This document shows positions 36,534 through 46,239 of a stretch of DNA of 64,000 nucleotides, one piece after another. The notes under the pieces are model-generated. The model was given only the letters and a program-made list of their open reading frames with translations. It was not told where the DNA came from and searched no databases. The position numbers were made by a program, and so were the translations under genes. This DNA is from an uncultured virus (IMG/VR IMGVR_UViG_3300006137_000088) (Duplodnaviria > Heunggongvirae > Uroviricota > Caudoviricetes), in the IMG/VR virus record IMGVR_UViG_3300006137_000088. The stretch is one strand, 5' to 3'. Position 1 is the first letter of the stretch. Each line of letters starts with the position of its first letter.

Positions 36534-38105
36534 TTGCAGCTGGCTGACACGGCGGGGCGGCTCCGGCGCTCATATCTCGCGTTTAACGCCGCTTTGGGGT
36601 CGTTGTATGAAAATGACTTGCTGGAGCTCGCGGACGCGACAGACAAGCCCAATTTTGACGACACGGCCTTTTTTGACGCTGCCGGCATGGTTTACAACGC
36701 CGGCGGCTTCGATGCCTCGCAGCTCACAACTCCCGAAGCGCGCCGCCTCATTGCCGAAACAGTGAAGCAGCTTAAAACGGCTATTGCCTCCGGCGTTCCC
36801 CATGAGGTCCCCGAAGTGGTGCGCTACGCCCTCGAAAATAACGCTTTTATTTTCTCCGGGTTCAAGGCTTACCACACTCTGCGCGAGGTGGGGCTGTCCC
36901 TCCTGACCGACAAGGGCGATATTAAACCCTTTGAAACGTTCCGCAAAGATGTTGAAACGGTAAACAACCGATATAATCACAATTACCTCTATGCGGAGTA
37001 TAACCACGCCGTCGGCGCCTCCCTCATGGCTTCGCGCTGGCAGCAGATTGAAAAAGACGGCGACCGTTACGACCTGCAATATCGCACCGCCCAGGACGAC
37101 CGCGTGCGTGAGGATCACGCCATTCTGCACGGCACCACGCTGCCGCCCTCCGACCCGTTCTGGTCGCTCTATCTGCCGCCCAACGGCTGGAACTGCCGAT
37201 GCACCGCCGTACAGGTCCACAAGGGCAAATATCCCCAGAGCGACCCGACCCTCTCCATGCTCCGGGGCAACAACTGCACCGAAGCCGCCAAACAGCAGAT
37301 TTTCCGTTTCAATCCCGGCAAGGACCTGCAACTGTTCCCACCCAAACACCCGTATTTCAAAGCACCCGAAGCGGCTAAACAGGCAATAGAGCAAATGAGT
37401 GAGGAACAGCAGCGCGACAAGCGCATCGCTGAAATTATCGCGGAACTGCCCGACACTCTGACCGAAGCGGAAAAAAAGCCCGTTGCGGAGCACTGTCTGG
37501 AAATAGAAAAAGCCCTCGGCATTACAAAGGGCAAGCCTATGAGCGTGGACGACGCCGACAAGCAGCACGCTAACCCCAATTATGGCAAGGAGCGCGGCTA
37601 TGGTATAAACTGCCAGACCTGTTCGCCCGCCTATGCGCTGCGCCTCATGGGCTTTAACGTAACGGCGAAGTCGAACACTCCAGGCACAAAACTGGATTAC
37701 CTGAGCCGGGGCAACCAGCTGTGGGAACAGTGGCAAAATCTCGACGGAACGCCGGCGAAGCATACCAGCATCAACGACTGGATGGCCGGTAAAAAATACA
37801 AACTTATGACACAAAAAAGGTATGTGGAGTTTTTCAATGAGATTTGCAAGGATCCCGGCGTTTATATGCTCTCTATCGGCTGGAAAGGGGGCGGCGGTCA
37901 TGCCACCATTTTACAACGTTTTGCCGACGGCACTCTGCGCTATATTGAGCCGCAGCATGACAACTCCAAAGGGTCCGGGCGTGAAAGCCACGATTTGGAC
38001 TGGCTCGGTAAAAACGGCGCGGCAACCATGCACGGCTGCCGCGGTATAATGCGAGTGGATAACAAACTATTTAATGTCGCTTTCGCTGAGATTTTCGACA
38101 AATGA
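36534..38105 (+). CDS. MuF (gp30) minor head protein with C-terminal papain-fold toxin domain
   Basis: LQYRTAQDDRVR..H, PPNGWNCRC (MuF); INCQTC...GGGHA...IEPQ (papain-fold NC/H/xPQ pattern); no ATG at the 5' end. Confidence 0.85.
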   Translation: MQLADTAGRLRRSYLAFNAALGSLYENDLLELADATDKPNFDDTAFFDAAGMVYNAGGFDASQLTTPEARRLIAETVKQLKTAIASGVPHEVPEVVRYALENNAFIFSGFKAYHTLREVGLSLLTDKGDIKPFETFRKDVETVNNRYNHNYLYAEYNHAVGASLMASRWQQIEKDGDRYDLQYRTAQDDRVREDHAILHGTTLPPSDPFWSLYLPPNGWNCRCTAVQVHKGKYPQSDPTLSMLRGNNCTEAAKQQIFRFNPGKDLQLFPPKHPYFKAPEAAKQAIEQMSEEQQRDKRIAEIIAELPDTLTEAEKKPVAEHCLEIEKALGITKGKPMSVDDADKQHANPNYGKERGYGINCQTCSPAYALRLMGFNVTAKSNTPGTKLDYLSRGNQLWEQWQNLDGTPAKHTSINDWMAGKKYKLMTQKRYVEFFNEICKDPGVYMLSIGWKGGGGHATILQRFADGTLRYIEPQHDNSKGSGRESHDLDWLGKNGAATMHGCRGIMRVDNKLFNVAFAEIFDK

Positions 38106-38315
38106 CCCGATTATTTCAAGGGCTTCAAATTCGCCCACCTCCCGGAGTTTGTCGCCTTTCACCAGGTACACCGGGGGAAAGCCAGCGGTTACATCATCAG
38201 GAAAACGGTAATAAAAAGCCTCCGCACCCTGGTACTGCCCGAGGTGCTCTATGTGGTCGCCGTACATATCAACAAGATACTGCGCCGCCTGTCTGACTTT
38301 TGCCGGTATTTCCAT
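38067..38315 (-). CDS. Small protein convergent with the MuF toxin (candidate immunity/moron)
   Basis: 82 aa; TAAATTTG on minus at 38330-38323, 7 nt before the ATG. Confidence 0.6.
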   Translation of the reverse strand: MEIPAKVRQAAQYLVDMYGDHIEHLGQYQGAEAFYYRFPDDVTAGFPPVYLVKGDKLREVGEFEALEIIGSFVENLSESDIK

Positions 38316-38370
38316 ATTGCCGCAAATTTACAACATTTTTCTGATATAACAATAATTAAACACCAATTTA

Positions 38371-38853
38371 ATGCTCGACCCCAGCAAGTTAAAAGCCGAC
38401 ATTCTCGAAGATATGCGCGTGGACCTCTCCGACGAGTTCGACCGCAACTTTGAACGTAAGGGCTTTTTCTCCGACAAGTGGAAGCCCCGCGCCCACAATT
38501 ACCCCCGTGGCTCGCTGCTCATGGTCAGCAGCGCCATGCGCCGCTCCGCCCAGGGGCAGGTGTCGGGCGACGGTGTGCGCTTCTCATCGGCTCTGCCTTA
38601 CACAACCCTCCACAATGAGGGCGGCAAAATAACCGTTACCGCCAAAATGAAACGCTTCTTTTGGTACAAGTACAAACAAACCAAAGACGAAGCGTGGAAG
38701 CGCATGGCTCTTATGAAAACCGGCAAGATCATAACTATGCCGCAGCGCCAGTTCATCGGCGACGGTCCCGACACGCAGCGCATCATCCGCGAAGCCATAG
38801 ACCGCAACCTCCAAAAGTTCAATTTATCACTTACCGAATTTTTACGAAAATGA
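38371..38853 (+). CDS. Virion morphogenesis protein (Mu gpG-like)
   Basis: NFER.GF...W, LHNEGG, MPQRQFIG. Confidence 0.85.
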   Translation: MLDPSKLKADILEDMRVDLSDEFDRNFERKGFFSDKWKPRAHNYPRGSLLMVSSAMRRSAQGQVSGDGVRFSSALPYTTLHNEGGKITVTAKMKRFFWYKYKQTKDEAWKRMALMKTGKIITMPQRQFIGDGPDTQRIIREAIDRNLQKFNLSLTEFLRK

Positions 38854-39335
38854 GAAAACAGATTTTTAAGGCTATCGCCGACGCCGTGGCTGCCGTTCCC
38901 GGCGTGGCTTTCGTTGACCTCTGGAACAATCAGGTCCAGACCCTCAACGGCGGCAAGGCTTTCGCGCTCCCCGCCGTGTTCGTTGAGTTTGAGGCGGTCG
39001 AATGGAAGCAGCAGAACATGGGCGCGCGCCGGGGTTCTCTTGCCGTCCGCCTCCATGTCGTTACCCGTGCCGTGCCGACACACGGGCACAAGGACCCGCG
39101 CATAAATGAAGCCCTGGCGGTGTTCGACCTGCTCGACGCCATTAACGCCGCTATGCAGGGATTACGCGGCGAGAATTTCTCCGGCTTCATGCTCACAACA
39201 TCGGCAACCAACCACGATCACGCGGAAATTGTCGAAAATGTGGAGCGATATGTCTGCGGCGTGCAGGACTTAACCGCAAGGCGCCCCGTCAGGGCTGTTT
39301 CGGGACTCTCTGTCGCGATTTCTAAGGCTGACTAA
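38850..39335 (+). CDS. Tail completion/terminator protein (gp37-like)
   Basis: Start MRKQIF via ATGA overlap; VDLWNNQV, PAVFVEF. Confidence 0.7.
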   Translation: MRKQIFKAIADAVAAVPGVAFVDLWNNQVQTLNGGKAFALPAVFVEFEAVEWKQQNMGARRGSLAVRLHVVTRAVPTHGHKDPRINEALAVFDLLDAINAAMQGLRGENFSGFMLTTSATNHDHAEIVENVERYVCGVQDLTARRPVRAVSGLSVAISKAD

Positions 39336-39341
39336 TACAAC

Positions 39342-39383
39342 AACACCCCCGGCGGCTCTTGCGTCCGTCAGGGGCGTTTTTTT
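39342..39383. terminator. Terminator between convergent late and early operons
   Basis: GC hairpin CCCCGGCGG...CCGTCAGGGG followed by a T run. Confidence 0.55.
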
Positions 39384-39615
39384 ACAGTTCATCAAATAAC
39401 GATGGTTGCGTGTCTTGGCGGCTTTCCGTGTCCGGGGGCAGACCCAGCATGTTCAGATAGGTGCGGTAGCAGATACCAAACTCAGGCTCTATCCAGTGCC
39501 GCCATACGGCTTTGTAACATTTGGCCTGGTTCCCGGCCTCATAGTGCAACGCCGTGAGCGCTTTTACTTTTTCTGCCCGCGCCAATGTGCTTTTGTGCCT
39601 TTTTCTCTTTGCCAT
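39382..39615 (-). CDS. Small basic hypothetical protein
   Basis: 77 aa; FGICYRTYLNML. Confidence 0.65.
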   Translation of the reverse strand: MAKRKRHKSTLARAEKVKALTALHYEAGNQAKCYKAVWRHWIEPEFGICYRTYLNMLGLPPDTESRQDTQPSLFDEL

Positions 39616-39707
39616 TCGCCGATTTATTTGTATCTTTGCACCGTCCTTTTACACAAGGCTCGGCGCTGGCGTTTGGCTGTTTAGGCAGCACGCTGGCGCG
39701 GTCTTTT

Positions 39708-40439
39708 TTATTCCGCTGCCTCCGCCTCGGTTCCCTCTGCTTCCGCATCAGGTTCCGGGGTCGTTTCATTCTCCAGCAGCAGGTCCACATCGGTAATGCC
39801 CAGCGGTATGTTGACCCATGCCCCGGTCTTGGGGTTCTTGCGCTGTGCCCGGATATAACGGCGCGTGATGCTCGGCTGGTAACTTTCCTCGATTATCTTC
39901 ACGCCCTCCAGGAATTGGTCGTCGCGGCTTTCCTCTGCCATTTTGCGCAGCTGGAGCACGCGGCTGGCCTTGAGGTTCCCCTGACCGTCCCGGCTCAGCA
40001 GGCGCAGAACTGCCGACACAAGTGCCTTGCTCTTGTCGTCGGTCGCCAGGCTCTCAATATAGCCGCGCACCATTGCGATGCCGTCCTCCACTGTGTCCCG
40101 GTAGCCGTCCACAGTATTGACCCCCAGAGTGAGGCGCAGGGTGCTGTCGCTGTTCGTGAACGTGTGGCTATATTGGCCGCCGTCCTTGGTGCCGAATAAC
40201 TCGGCTTTCATGTCGATAATGGCCGCGAAGTTGCCGAAGACCGTATCCTTAACGGCTTTGATGTCGCCGCTCAGGTTCAGCAGTTCCGGGATTGCCTGCT
40301 CCAGTTCATCATCGACCATTTGCGCGTAGGTCTCGCGCTGCTGCTTGCGTTGCTCCGCAGCTTCCTTTTTCGCTTTTTCAGCCTTGAACGCTTCCCATTC
40401 GGCGCGTTCTGCGGCTGACATTGTTACTTGTTCACTCAT
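39708..40439 (-). CDS. DUF3164-like (Gam-like end-protection) protein
   Basis: QYSHTFT, LL.RD..GNLKASRVLQL; early-operon position. Confidence 0.7.
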   Translation of the reverse strand: MSEQVTMSAAERAEWEAFKAEKAKKEAAEQRKQQRETYAQMVDDELEQAIPELLNLSGDIKAVKDTVFGNFAAIIDMKAELFGTKDGGQYSHTFTNSDSTLRLTLGVNTVDGYRDTVEDGIAMVRGYIESLATDDKSKALVSAVLRLLSRDGQGNLKASRVLQLRKMAEESRDDQFLEGVKIIEESYQPSITRRYIRAQRKNPKTGAWVNIPLGITDVDLLLENETTPEPDAEAEGTEAEAAE

Positions 40440-40514
40440 TGTTAAATGGGTTTTAAGTGGTTGTTAAATTGTGTTTAACTGTTTCGGTGCATGTCCTTTT
40501 ACACCGGCTCAGCG

Positions 40515-40676
40515 TTATTCATAATCTTCTGCGTCCGGGCTCTCGAAATTGAGGCTCCCGGCTTCCTCGCTCGCCCACCATGCCAGGGCGTCCAGCAGCT
40601 CGATTTTGGCGTTCTCTGCCATGCCCTCCGTCTGCTCCAGTATGTAGGCTTTAATTTTTTCCAGTTCGTGGGTCAT
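40515..40676 (-). CDS. Small acidic hypothetical protein (53 aa)
   Basis: Manual translation MTHELEKIKAYILEQ...DAEDYE*. Confidence 0.5.
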   Translation of the reverse strand: MTHELEKIKAYILEQTEGMAENAKIELLDALAWWASEEAGSLNFESPDAEDYE

Positions 40677-40845
40677 AATTTCGTGGGTCTTGATTTATTG
40701 TGCTTAGTTCTATTCGTTTGGGAATAACTACGCCCCAATTGCATGACCGGCAGCACTCGCCGTCCTCTTTTACAGGGTATGGGTCGTTTCCATACTCTGT
40801 AAATTCTTTGCCGCAGATGCAGCACACTTTTTTGTCCTTTTTCAT
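40651..40845 (-). CDS. Small Cys-rich Zn-binding protein
   Basis: CCICG...GNDPYP...CCRSCN. Confidence 0.65.
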   Translation of the reverse strand: MKKDKKVCCICGKEFTEYGNDPYPVKEDGECCRSCNWGVVIPKRIELSTINQDPRNYDPRTGKN

Positions 40846-40852
40846 CGGCTCG

Positions 40853-41338
40853 TTAGTTTAGCGTGGGGTCAATTTCGCCGCCTGCCGAATAATGTTGCAT
40901 CAGCATCGCGTCGGTCAGAGCGTCAACCGCCCGGGCGTCCTTGACTTTGTTGTTAAATGTCGCTATGAGGTTGCGCAGCCGCTCCCTCGGTATCTTGTTA
41001 AAATCGGCGTAACCGCTGGCGCGCATGGCTATGCCCTTAATGATTGATATGTTCGACTGCTGCCCGGTTTCCCGGAGCCAGCCGCCGATTGCCGCAATTA
41101 CCTGCTTGCGCAGTTTGTCAAGTCGTGCCGTGCCCTGCTTCTCGTCCACCTGGGCGCTCAGCTTTCCGCAGATGTCTATGAGCTGGTGCTGCGTCAGGTC
41201 GCGGCTGCTCTCAACACCCCAGCTTGTCAGGATCGCACGCTTCGCTTCATCATCAAGCCCCAGAACTGTGCAAAGGGTATGATATTTTTTCAGCAGTCCG
41301 CGGTGTATTTCGTCCATTGTCTTGTTTTCTTTTGCCAT
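40853..41338 (-). CDS. GemA/gp16-like protein
   Basis: LGLDDE..R.IL..WGVESSRDL. Confidence 0.55.
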   Translation of the reverse strand: MAKENKTMDEIHRGLLKKYHTLCTVLGLDDEAKRAILTSWGVESSRDLTQHQLIDICGKLSAQVDEKQGTARLDKLRKQVIAAIGGWLRETGQQSNISIIKGIAMRASGYADFNKIPRERLRNLIATFNNKVKDARAVDALTDAMLMQHYSAGGEIDPTLN

Positions 41339-41346
41339 AGTCGTAA

Positions 41347-41994
41347 TTATTTGATTTGTTCGGCCCAGTAGTCGTTTGCGCCCTGCTCCCAGATTATGAA
41401 GTCCGCGCCGCCCTCGCCTTTGTCCCGGTCCTCGTAGCGCGTTGTTACAAATGCCTTGAAGCCCTCGACCTTGATTTTGATGTCCGCGTCATAGCGTATC
41501 TTTTTCGCTATGTGCCCGTCCGGATCCTTGCCTGCCTTGTCGGCCTGGCTTATGAACACGAACAGTTTGTCAGGAAATTCAGCTTTTAGATCCTTGAATT
41601 GCTTCATGTAGAATTTGTCCAGATATTGCAGGCTGTCGATCACGATTATTTCAGGACTTTTGCGCTTCCGCAGTCGGGCGCACAGTTCCGGCAAGTCCTC
41701 TTTGTTCAGCAGGATTATATTGCTGCCGGCTTCCGCCATGCCCACGCGCTCCCATGCCTTTTGAAGCGATAGGCTCAGACCTTGTTCCAGACTGTCGTAA
41801 GCCACGCGACGGAAGCCGGCCAGATACTTGCAGAGCTGGAGCGTGAAAGTCGTTTTGCCGCTGCCGCTGTCGCCCCAGATAAGCCACACCCCGCGGAGCT
41901 CCGGGCGGCCGAAGCTCGCCAGGAACGGCCCGTCGAAGTCTGCGGTCTCGAATTGTGCCGCCAGCACGTTTTTGTTACTTATCGCTCTGCCCAT
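41347..41994 (-). CDS. P-loop ATPase
   Basis: GDSGSGKT, IIVIDSLQY. Confidence 0.8.
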   Translation of the reverse strand: MGRAISNKNVLAAQFETADFDGPFLASFGRPELRGVWLIWGDSGSGKTTFTLQLCKYLAGFRRVAYDSLEQGLSLSLQKAWERVGMAEAGSNIILLNKEDLPELCARLRKRKSPEIIVIDSLQYLDKFYMKQFKDLKAEFPDKLFVFISQADKAGKDPDGHIAKKIRYDADIKIKVEGFKAFVTTRYEDRDKGEGGADFIIWEQGANDYWAEQIK

Positions 41995-42000
41995 TGCTCT

Positions 42001-42282
42001 TTATTTTTTCGCCGGTCGCGGCCGTTCTCGCAGTGCCTCCGGGCCGTAGCCCTTGGCCTCGATCATCGCGTTTAATGCCTTGCGCTTCGCCGCCAGGTCC
42101 TCGGTGGTGTTCGCTTCTATCATCACACGCACCGTTTTAGGCCCGTAGCAGCCTTTTACTCGCTTCACTGTTATGTCGCACGTCCAGCCCTCCTCGAGCC
42201 AGTCCTGGAGCACCTGAGGCAGCCATGACGGCATGAGGTCAAACTCAGCGCGGAACTTGAAATTTACGGGGTAAGGTTTCAT
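42001..42282 (-). CDS. Hypothetical protein
   Basis: 93 aa in the early operon. Confidence 0.6.
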   Translation of the reverse strand: MKPYPVNFKFRAEFDLMPSWLPQVLQDWLEEGWTCDITVKRVKGCYGPKTVRVMIEANTTEDLAAKRKALNAMIEAKGYGPEALRERPRPAKK

Positions 42283-42554
42283 TTTTTCGCTCTTTTGGGG
42301 TTCACATAAGCCCAGCCCATAAGCCGGGCGGCAGGCAAGCCAATGCCGGCAACGCCTTTTATGCCTGAATTGGCAGCCCTTACGCAGAAATCGCCGTCCT
42401 CGTCCACCTCTCCATCACTGTACCCGGTATAAACCTGGAAATTGTTAAACACGAAGTAAGCCTCGCGCCGCCCGTCTATCATCGGCAGCGTGTCGGGCGA
42501 TTTTAGAACCCGACGTTTGCCGCCCTTGAAAGTTACTGTTATCTTTCCACTCAT
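42279..42554 (-). CDS. Hypothetical protein
   Basis: Start MSGKITV via ATGA overlap with the MuB stop. Confidence 0.6.
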   Translation of the reverse strand: MSGKITVTFKGGKRRVLKSPDTLPMIDGRREAYFVFNNFQVYTGYSDGEVDEDGDFCVRAANSGIKGVAGIGLPAARLMGWAYVNPKRAKK

Positions 42555-43405
42555 TGCGCACCTCCTTTCAGCATGGCCCACACGCTGCGTTTTACGCGCC
42601 TCAGGTCGCCGTCTGCCTCGTCCACGATCTTGTTTATTGCCTTGGTATCGCGCACGCCGTTGGAAACGCATACACGCGCTATGTCCTCACTGTCCGGCAG
42701 CGGCAGTTCCACGAATTTGCGCCCTATGCGGCTGTAAATTTCCGCATACCCTTTGCGGTTCAGGCGCAGCCCCTTTTCAATCCGCGCTTTCAGGTTGCTG
42801 GTCGCGGTCAGGATTATGCCGCACTGGTCCTCGAGCTGATTATACAGGCTTATGAAAAAATAAAGCACCTGGTCGCTCAGTTTGTCGGCCTCGTCCAGAA
42901 CTATCAGCGGCGAGTCCTTGCGCTTCAACGTGTCCACGATATTGTCCATCATGTCGCTTACCGTGGTGCCCGCTACCGTCGCGCCCATGTTCTGCAACAG
43001 TTTCGCCATGAATGTGCGCCGGTTCCAATACTCGGAGCAGACCATGTGATAGACATTGCGTCCGGCTGCGGTGTAGTTCTTTATGGCTTCGGTCTTGCCG
43101 CTCCCGGCTCCGCCGATAACTGCGGCAGTCAGAGAGTCGGCCTGCACGCTGGCAAGCGTGAATGTCATTATATCGTAGGCGCGGGTCTTCACCACCTGCC
43201 ACCCGTTGGCTTCGGCTGTCCCTGTCTGGGCGGCTATGCTCCGCCACATGTCGTCGGCTATTGTGTCCCACTGTCCCGAAAGTATTTTGCTGACTGTCGC
43301 GCTGCTCACCCCGTTAAGGCTGTTGGCGGCTTTGTTCTGGCTCCCCTTTTGCCCGCAGTAGGCGCGGAGCTGGTCGGCAATCTGTTGTTTCTGTTCTGTT
43401 GTCAT
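42551..43405 (-). CDS. MuB-like AAA+ transposition ATPase
   Basis: N-terminal HTH, GGAGSGKT, IVLDEADKL, YSRIG; follows the transposase. Confidence 0.9.
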   Translation of the reverse strand: MTTEQKQQIADQLRAYCGQKGSQNKAANSLNGVSSATVSKILSGQWDTIADDMWRSIAAQTGTAEANGWQVVKTRAYDIMTFTLASVQADSLTAAVIGGAGSGKTEAIKNYTAAGRNVYHMVCSEYWNRRTFMAKLLQNMGATVAGTTVSDMMDNIVDTLKRKDSPLIVLDEADKLSDQVLYFFISLYNQLEDQCGIILTATSNLKARIEKGLRLNRKGYAEIYSRIGRKFVELPLPDSEDIARVCVSNGVRDTKAINKIVDEADGDLRRVKRSVWAMLKGGAQ

Positions 43406-43418
43406 GTCCTTTTACGTC

Positions 43419-45467
43419 TTAAAAAATTGAATAATCGTTTACTTTCACACTTTCCACCGCGTCGCCCTGGCGTGTTACAGGTATCTCCACGGTTTCCACC
43501 TCTAAGGCTTCGATGTCGGCGGCGGCAAGTCTTTTGCGGCTGCGGTTGTCTTTGTGCTGCCCGCGGCTGTCCGTCAGCATGAGCCGGTCTTCCATGCACG
43601 CGCCCAGTGCCGGGGTGCCGTGGATCGGCAGTTCTGCGGCCCGCTCTATCACGCGCCGGGCTCCCTCGAAGTGGTCGCCCATGCGCCGCGCGGTCTCGGC
43701 TTCCAGCTCTTTGTTGAAGTCGCGCACCCTCTGGAGCTGCTCTGCGTCGCCGGGCTTCCGGTCGGCTAATGCCATTGGCTGCACATACTTTTCCTCAAGC
43801 ATATAGCGGCGTGTGCCTGCTTCGTTCACTGCCAGAACTTGCGTCAGGTCCTCGGGGTCATACTTGACCGTCCAGCGCTCTGAGGCGTGGTCCCTGAATG
43901 TCAGGTCGAAGCAGTCATAATCACGCTTCACGCCTAAAATGGTGGGGCGCAGTCCGCAGCCCTCCAAAACGTTCTTAAAGCCGGTTTCTGCGCCGAAGTT
44001 CAGCAGGTACATTTCGCGGCTCATGGGCAGACGGTGTTCCGGTTTCAGCTTCGCCAGCTTCTCCATGAGCTTGCCGATTTTCTGCGCACGCTCCAGCCTC
44101 ATTATTTCATCTATCTGCGCCCGGAGTCCGGCTTCATCGGGGAAGCTGTGCCGTCTCTTGTTCAGCGCCTCGCTGTTCGGTTGCCGCATCGGGTCGGTCG
44201 TTACACCGTAGCCGGCCCAGTTCGGAAACAGCTGGCAGTAGGTCATGTTTAAGTGCTTGAAATAAGGCTCTACGGGCTTCGATTTTGCGTTGTGCGCCTG
44301 TGCCGGTATCACCTTGTCGCCTAACACTGCGTACAGGTCGGTCATGGTCTTTATCGCGTAGCGGTCGCTCTGCACCTGGTTGTATCTGAGCATTTCGCCG
44401 GTCAGCTCCCGGCTGTGGATCGCGGCGTTCCTTAATGCCGCTTTTATCAGTTCCGGGCACTCATGGTCGCCGACGGCGTAGCCCATTGGATAGTCGACGC
44501 ACGGGTCAAGCACTACCACGATTGTAAGGCGGTTGGTGTAGGTCGTTATGTTGTGTCCCTTGCTGTCCGTCTTGGTTTTCTGATACAGCAGCTCGACGGT
44601 CCAGCCGTCAAGCGAGCACATCAGGAACGGGGCGGTCGGTCGGCTGCGCTTAACCTGCATGGTCTTGCGGTTTCGGAAGTTGGTAACGCCTAACCGCCCG
44701 GCGGCTGCCTCTAATTGCAATTTCTCGCGCCATACTCCCACGGCGGCCGCTGTTATCTCTTTCCAGCCCAGTGCCCGGGCTTTCACGTTGTAGGCTTTCG
44801 CCACCACAGTGTCCTGCACGTTGTTGGGGTTGCTTATCAGCGTGGCGAGATAACCGGTTTGTTCATCGGTCAGCACCTTGCCGGCGTTGCCGTTCAGGAA
44901 TTTGCCGGAAATAAAGCACACATAACCGTCGCGCACATACTCCGCGAATTTCATTTGCAGACGGCGCGGGCTGCCGGGCAGTGAGTGGTTGAAGCGGTCA
45001 GCCAGACGCGGCAGGGCTGCCGCTGCTCGGCTCCAGAACTCTTTGCCGGCGACTGCCTTTTTGCCGGTGCGCTGCCGCTTGCTCACATGAGCGTCCCAGC
45101 AGCGCCGGAAAGCGTTCATGATCGCCGCGTTGCTCGCGTACTCCAGCACTTTGTCATCTGGCAGGTTCCGCCCGTCGGCAAGCTTGTAAGTCTGGTAAAA
45201 GTTTAAGGCTGCGCCGTCAGGTTCCACAGTGTCTATAAACTCCCGGCTCTCGGCCTGTTCCTGCAAGTCCGGGTAACGCTTGTAAACCTCGGTCCGCCAT
45301 TTCATCGGCAGGCTTTCAACGGCATACAGCGCAGTCCGCCCGTTGCCGCCCTTTTGGACCTGTTGCACTCTACCACGGCGCACCAGATTGTTAAGGTTGG
45401 CGGTCGTGATTATGCGCCCGGTCAGTTCGGCGTGGCTTATGCAGATTGTTCCGTTTACTGTTTCCAT
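43419..45467 (-). CDS. MuA-like DDE transposase
   Basis: SLDGW, QSDRY, KSKPVEPYF; 682 aa. Confidence 0.9.
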   Translation of the reverse strand: METVNGTICISHAELTGRIITTANLNNLVRRGRVQQVQKGGNGRTALYAVESLPMKWRTEVYKRYPDLQEQAESREFIDTVEPDGAALNFYQTYKLADGRNLPDDKVLEYASNAAIMNAFRRCWDAHVSKRQRTGKKAVAGKEFWSRAAAALPRLADRFNHSLPGSPRRLQMKFAEYVRDGYVCFISGKFLNGNAGKVLTDEQTGYLATLISNPNNVQDTVVAKAYNVKARALGWKEITAAAVGVWREKLQLEAAAGRLGVTNFRNRKTMQVKRSRPTAPFLMCSLDGWTVELLYQKTKTDSKGHNITTYTNRLTIVVVLDPCVDYPMGYAVGDHECPELIKAALRNAAIHSRELTGEMLRYNQVQSDRYAIKTMTDLYAVLGDKVIPAQAHNAKSKPVEPYFKHLNMTYCQLFPNWAGYGVTTDPMRQPNSEALNKRRHSFPDEAGLRAQIDEIMRLERAQKIGKLMEKLAKLKPEHRLPMSREMYLLNFGAETGFKNVLEGCGLRPTILGVKRDYDCFDLTFRDHASERWTVKYDPEDLTQVLAVNEAGTRRYMLEEKYVQPMALADRKPGDAEQLQRVRDFNKELEAETARRMGDHFEGARRVIERAAELPIHGTPALGACMEDRLMLTDSRGQHKDNRSRKRLAAADIEALEVETVEIPVTRQGDAVESVKVNDYSIF

Positions 45468-45469
45468 AG

Positions 45470-45856
45470 TTACAGGCTTTCAGCGTAGAGTTGCAGGTCC
45501 GTCAGTTCGGGGATTTTTTCAATTTGGCGAGTGCTAACAACTGCGCCCCTGCGGTCATACACCACAGCCGCGCCGGTCTGCTTGTCGATTTCCAACTTCA
45601 CGCCGTTGTTGAAGTTCTGGACCATGAGCTGGCGCCCGTCCTCCGTTACATTGTGCATGGTCTCGCACTCCGGACAGTGGCACATGGCCACCCCGCCGAA
45701 GTTATGCACTGCCGTAAAACGGATCTTGCGGGCCGTGTCAGAGTCCCGGCGGTAGGTCAGTGCCAGATATACTGTTTTTTCCTCGACCTTGAACAGGCGC
45801 GCCAGCTTTGCGCGCACCTCGTTGCTCACTTTGATGTAACTGCTTGTTGTTCTCAT
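45470..45856 (-). CDS. Ner/Cro-like DNA-binding protein
   Basis: LARLFKVEEKTVYLAL HTH; position before the transposase. Confidence 0.6.
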   Translation of the reverse strand: MRTTSSYIKVSNEVRAKLARLFKVEEKTVYLALTYRRDSDTARKIRFTAVHNFGGVAMCHCPECETMHNVTEDGRQLMVQNFNNGVKLEIDKQTGAAVVYDRRGAVVSTRQIEKIPELTDLQLYAESL

Positions 45857-45862
45857 ATCCTT

Positions 45863-46072
45863 TTACTTTACTGGTGTCATGTAATAGTCATCAAACCATG
45901 TGGCTGCCTGGCTGTCTATCCATGCGAAGCCACATTCGCCGATGGCGACGAGTAGGGCGGTGGTGTTGTCTATCTGGTAAGCCACCATTTCGTCCTCCTG
46001 GTTGATTGTTTCCACGAAGTCGGCCAGCTTTGACCACTCCCGGAACCCGATTGTTAGTTTTGTTGCTTTCAT
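45863..46072 (-). CDS. Hypothetical protein
   Basis: 69 aa, first gene of the early operon. Confidence 0.55.
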   Translation of the reverse strand: MKATKLTIGFREWSKLADFVETINQEDEMVAYQIDNTTALLVAIGECGFAWIDSQAATWFDDYYMTPVK

Positions 46073-46128
46073 TGTCCTTTTACTTTGGTTTCAAACTGTT
46101 TTTACTCCGTGTTTCCGTTGGTCAGGTG

Positions 46129-46239
46129 CAGGATTTTTTGTATCTTTGGCCGCCGTAACCTCAGTAACACGCTGCAAAGTTACAGAAAATTCTGATATGA
46201 CAAAAACAAATAAAGAAAAAATTGCAGAAATTTCTGCAA
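46129..46239. promoter_or_regulatory. Lysis-lysogeny switch: face-to-face promoters and operators
   Basis: TATCTTTG (+, 46141-48), TAACTTTG (-, 46182-75); CAGAAWWTTCTG-like palindromes at 46129, 46183 and 46222-39 (perfect 18 bp), plus a copy at 46384. Confidence 0.7.
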
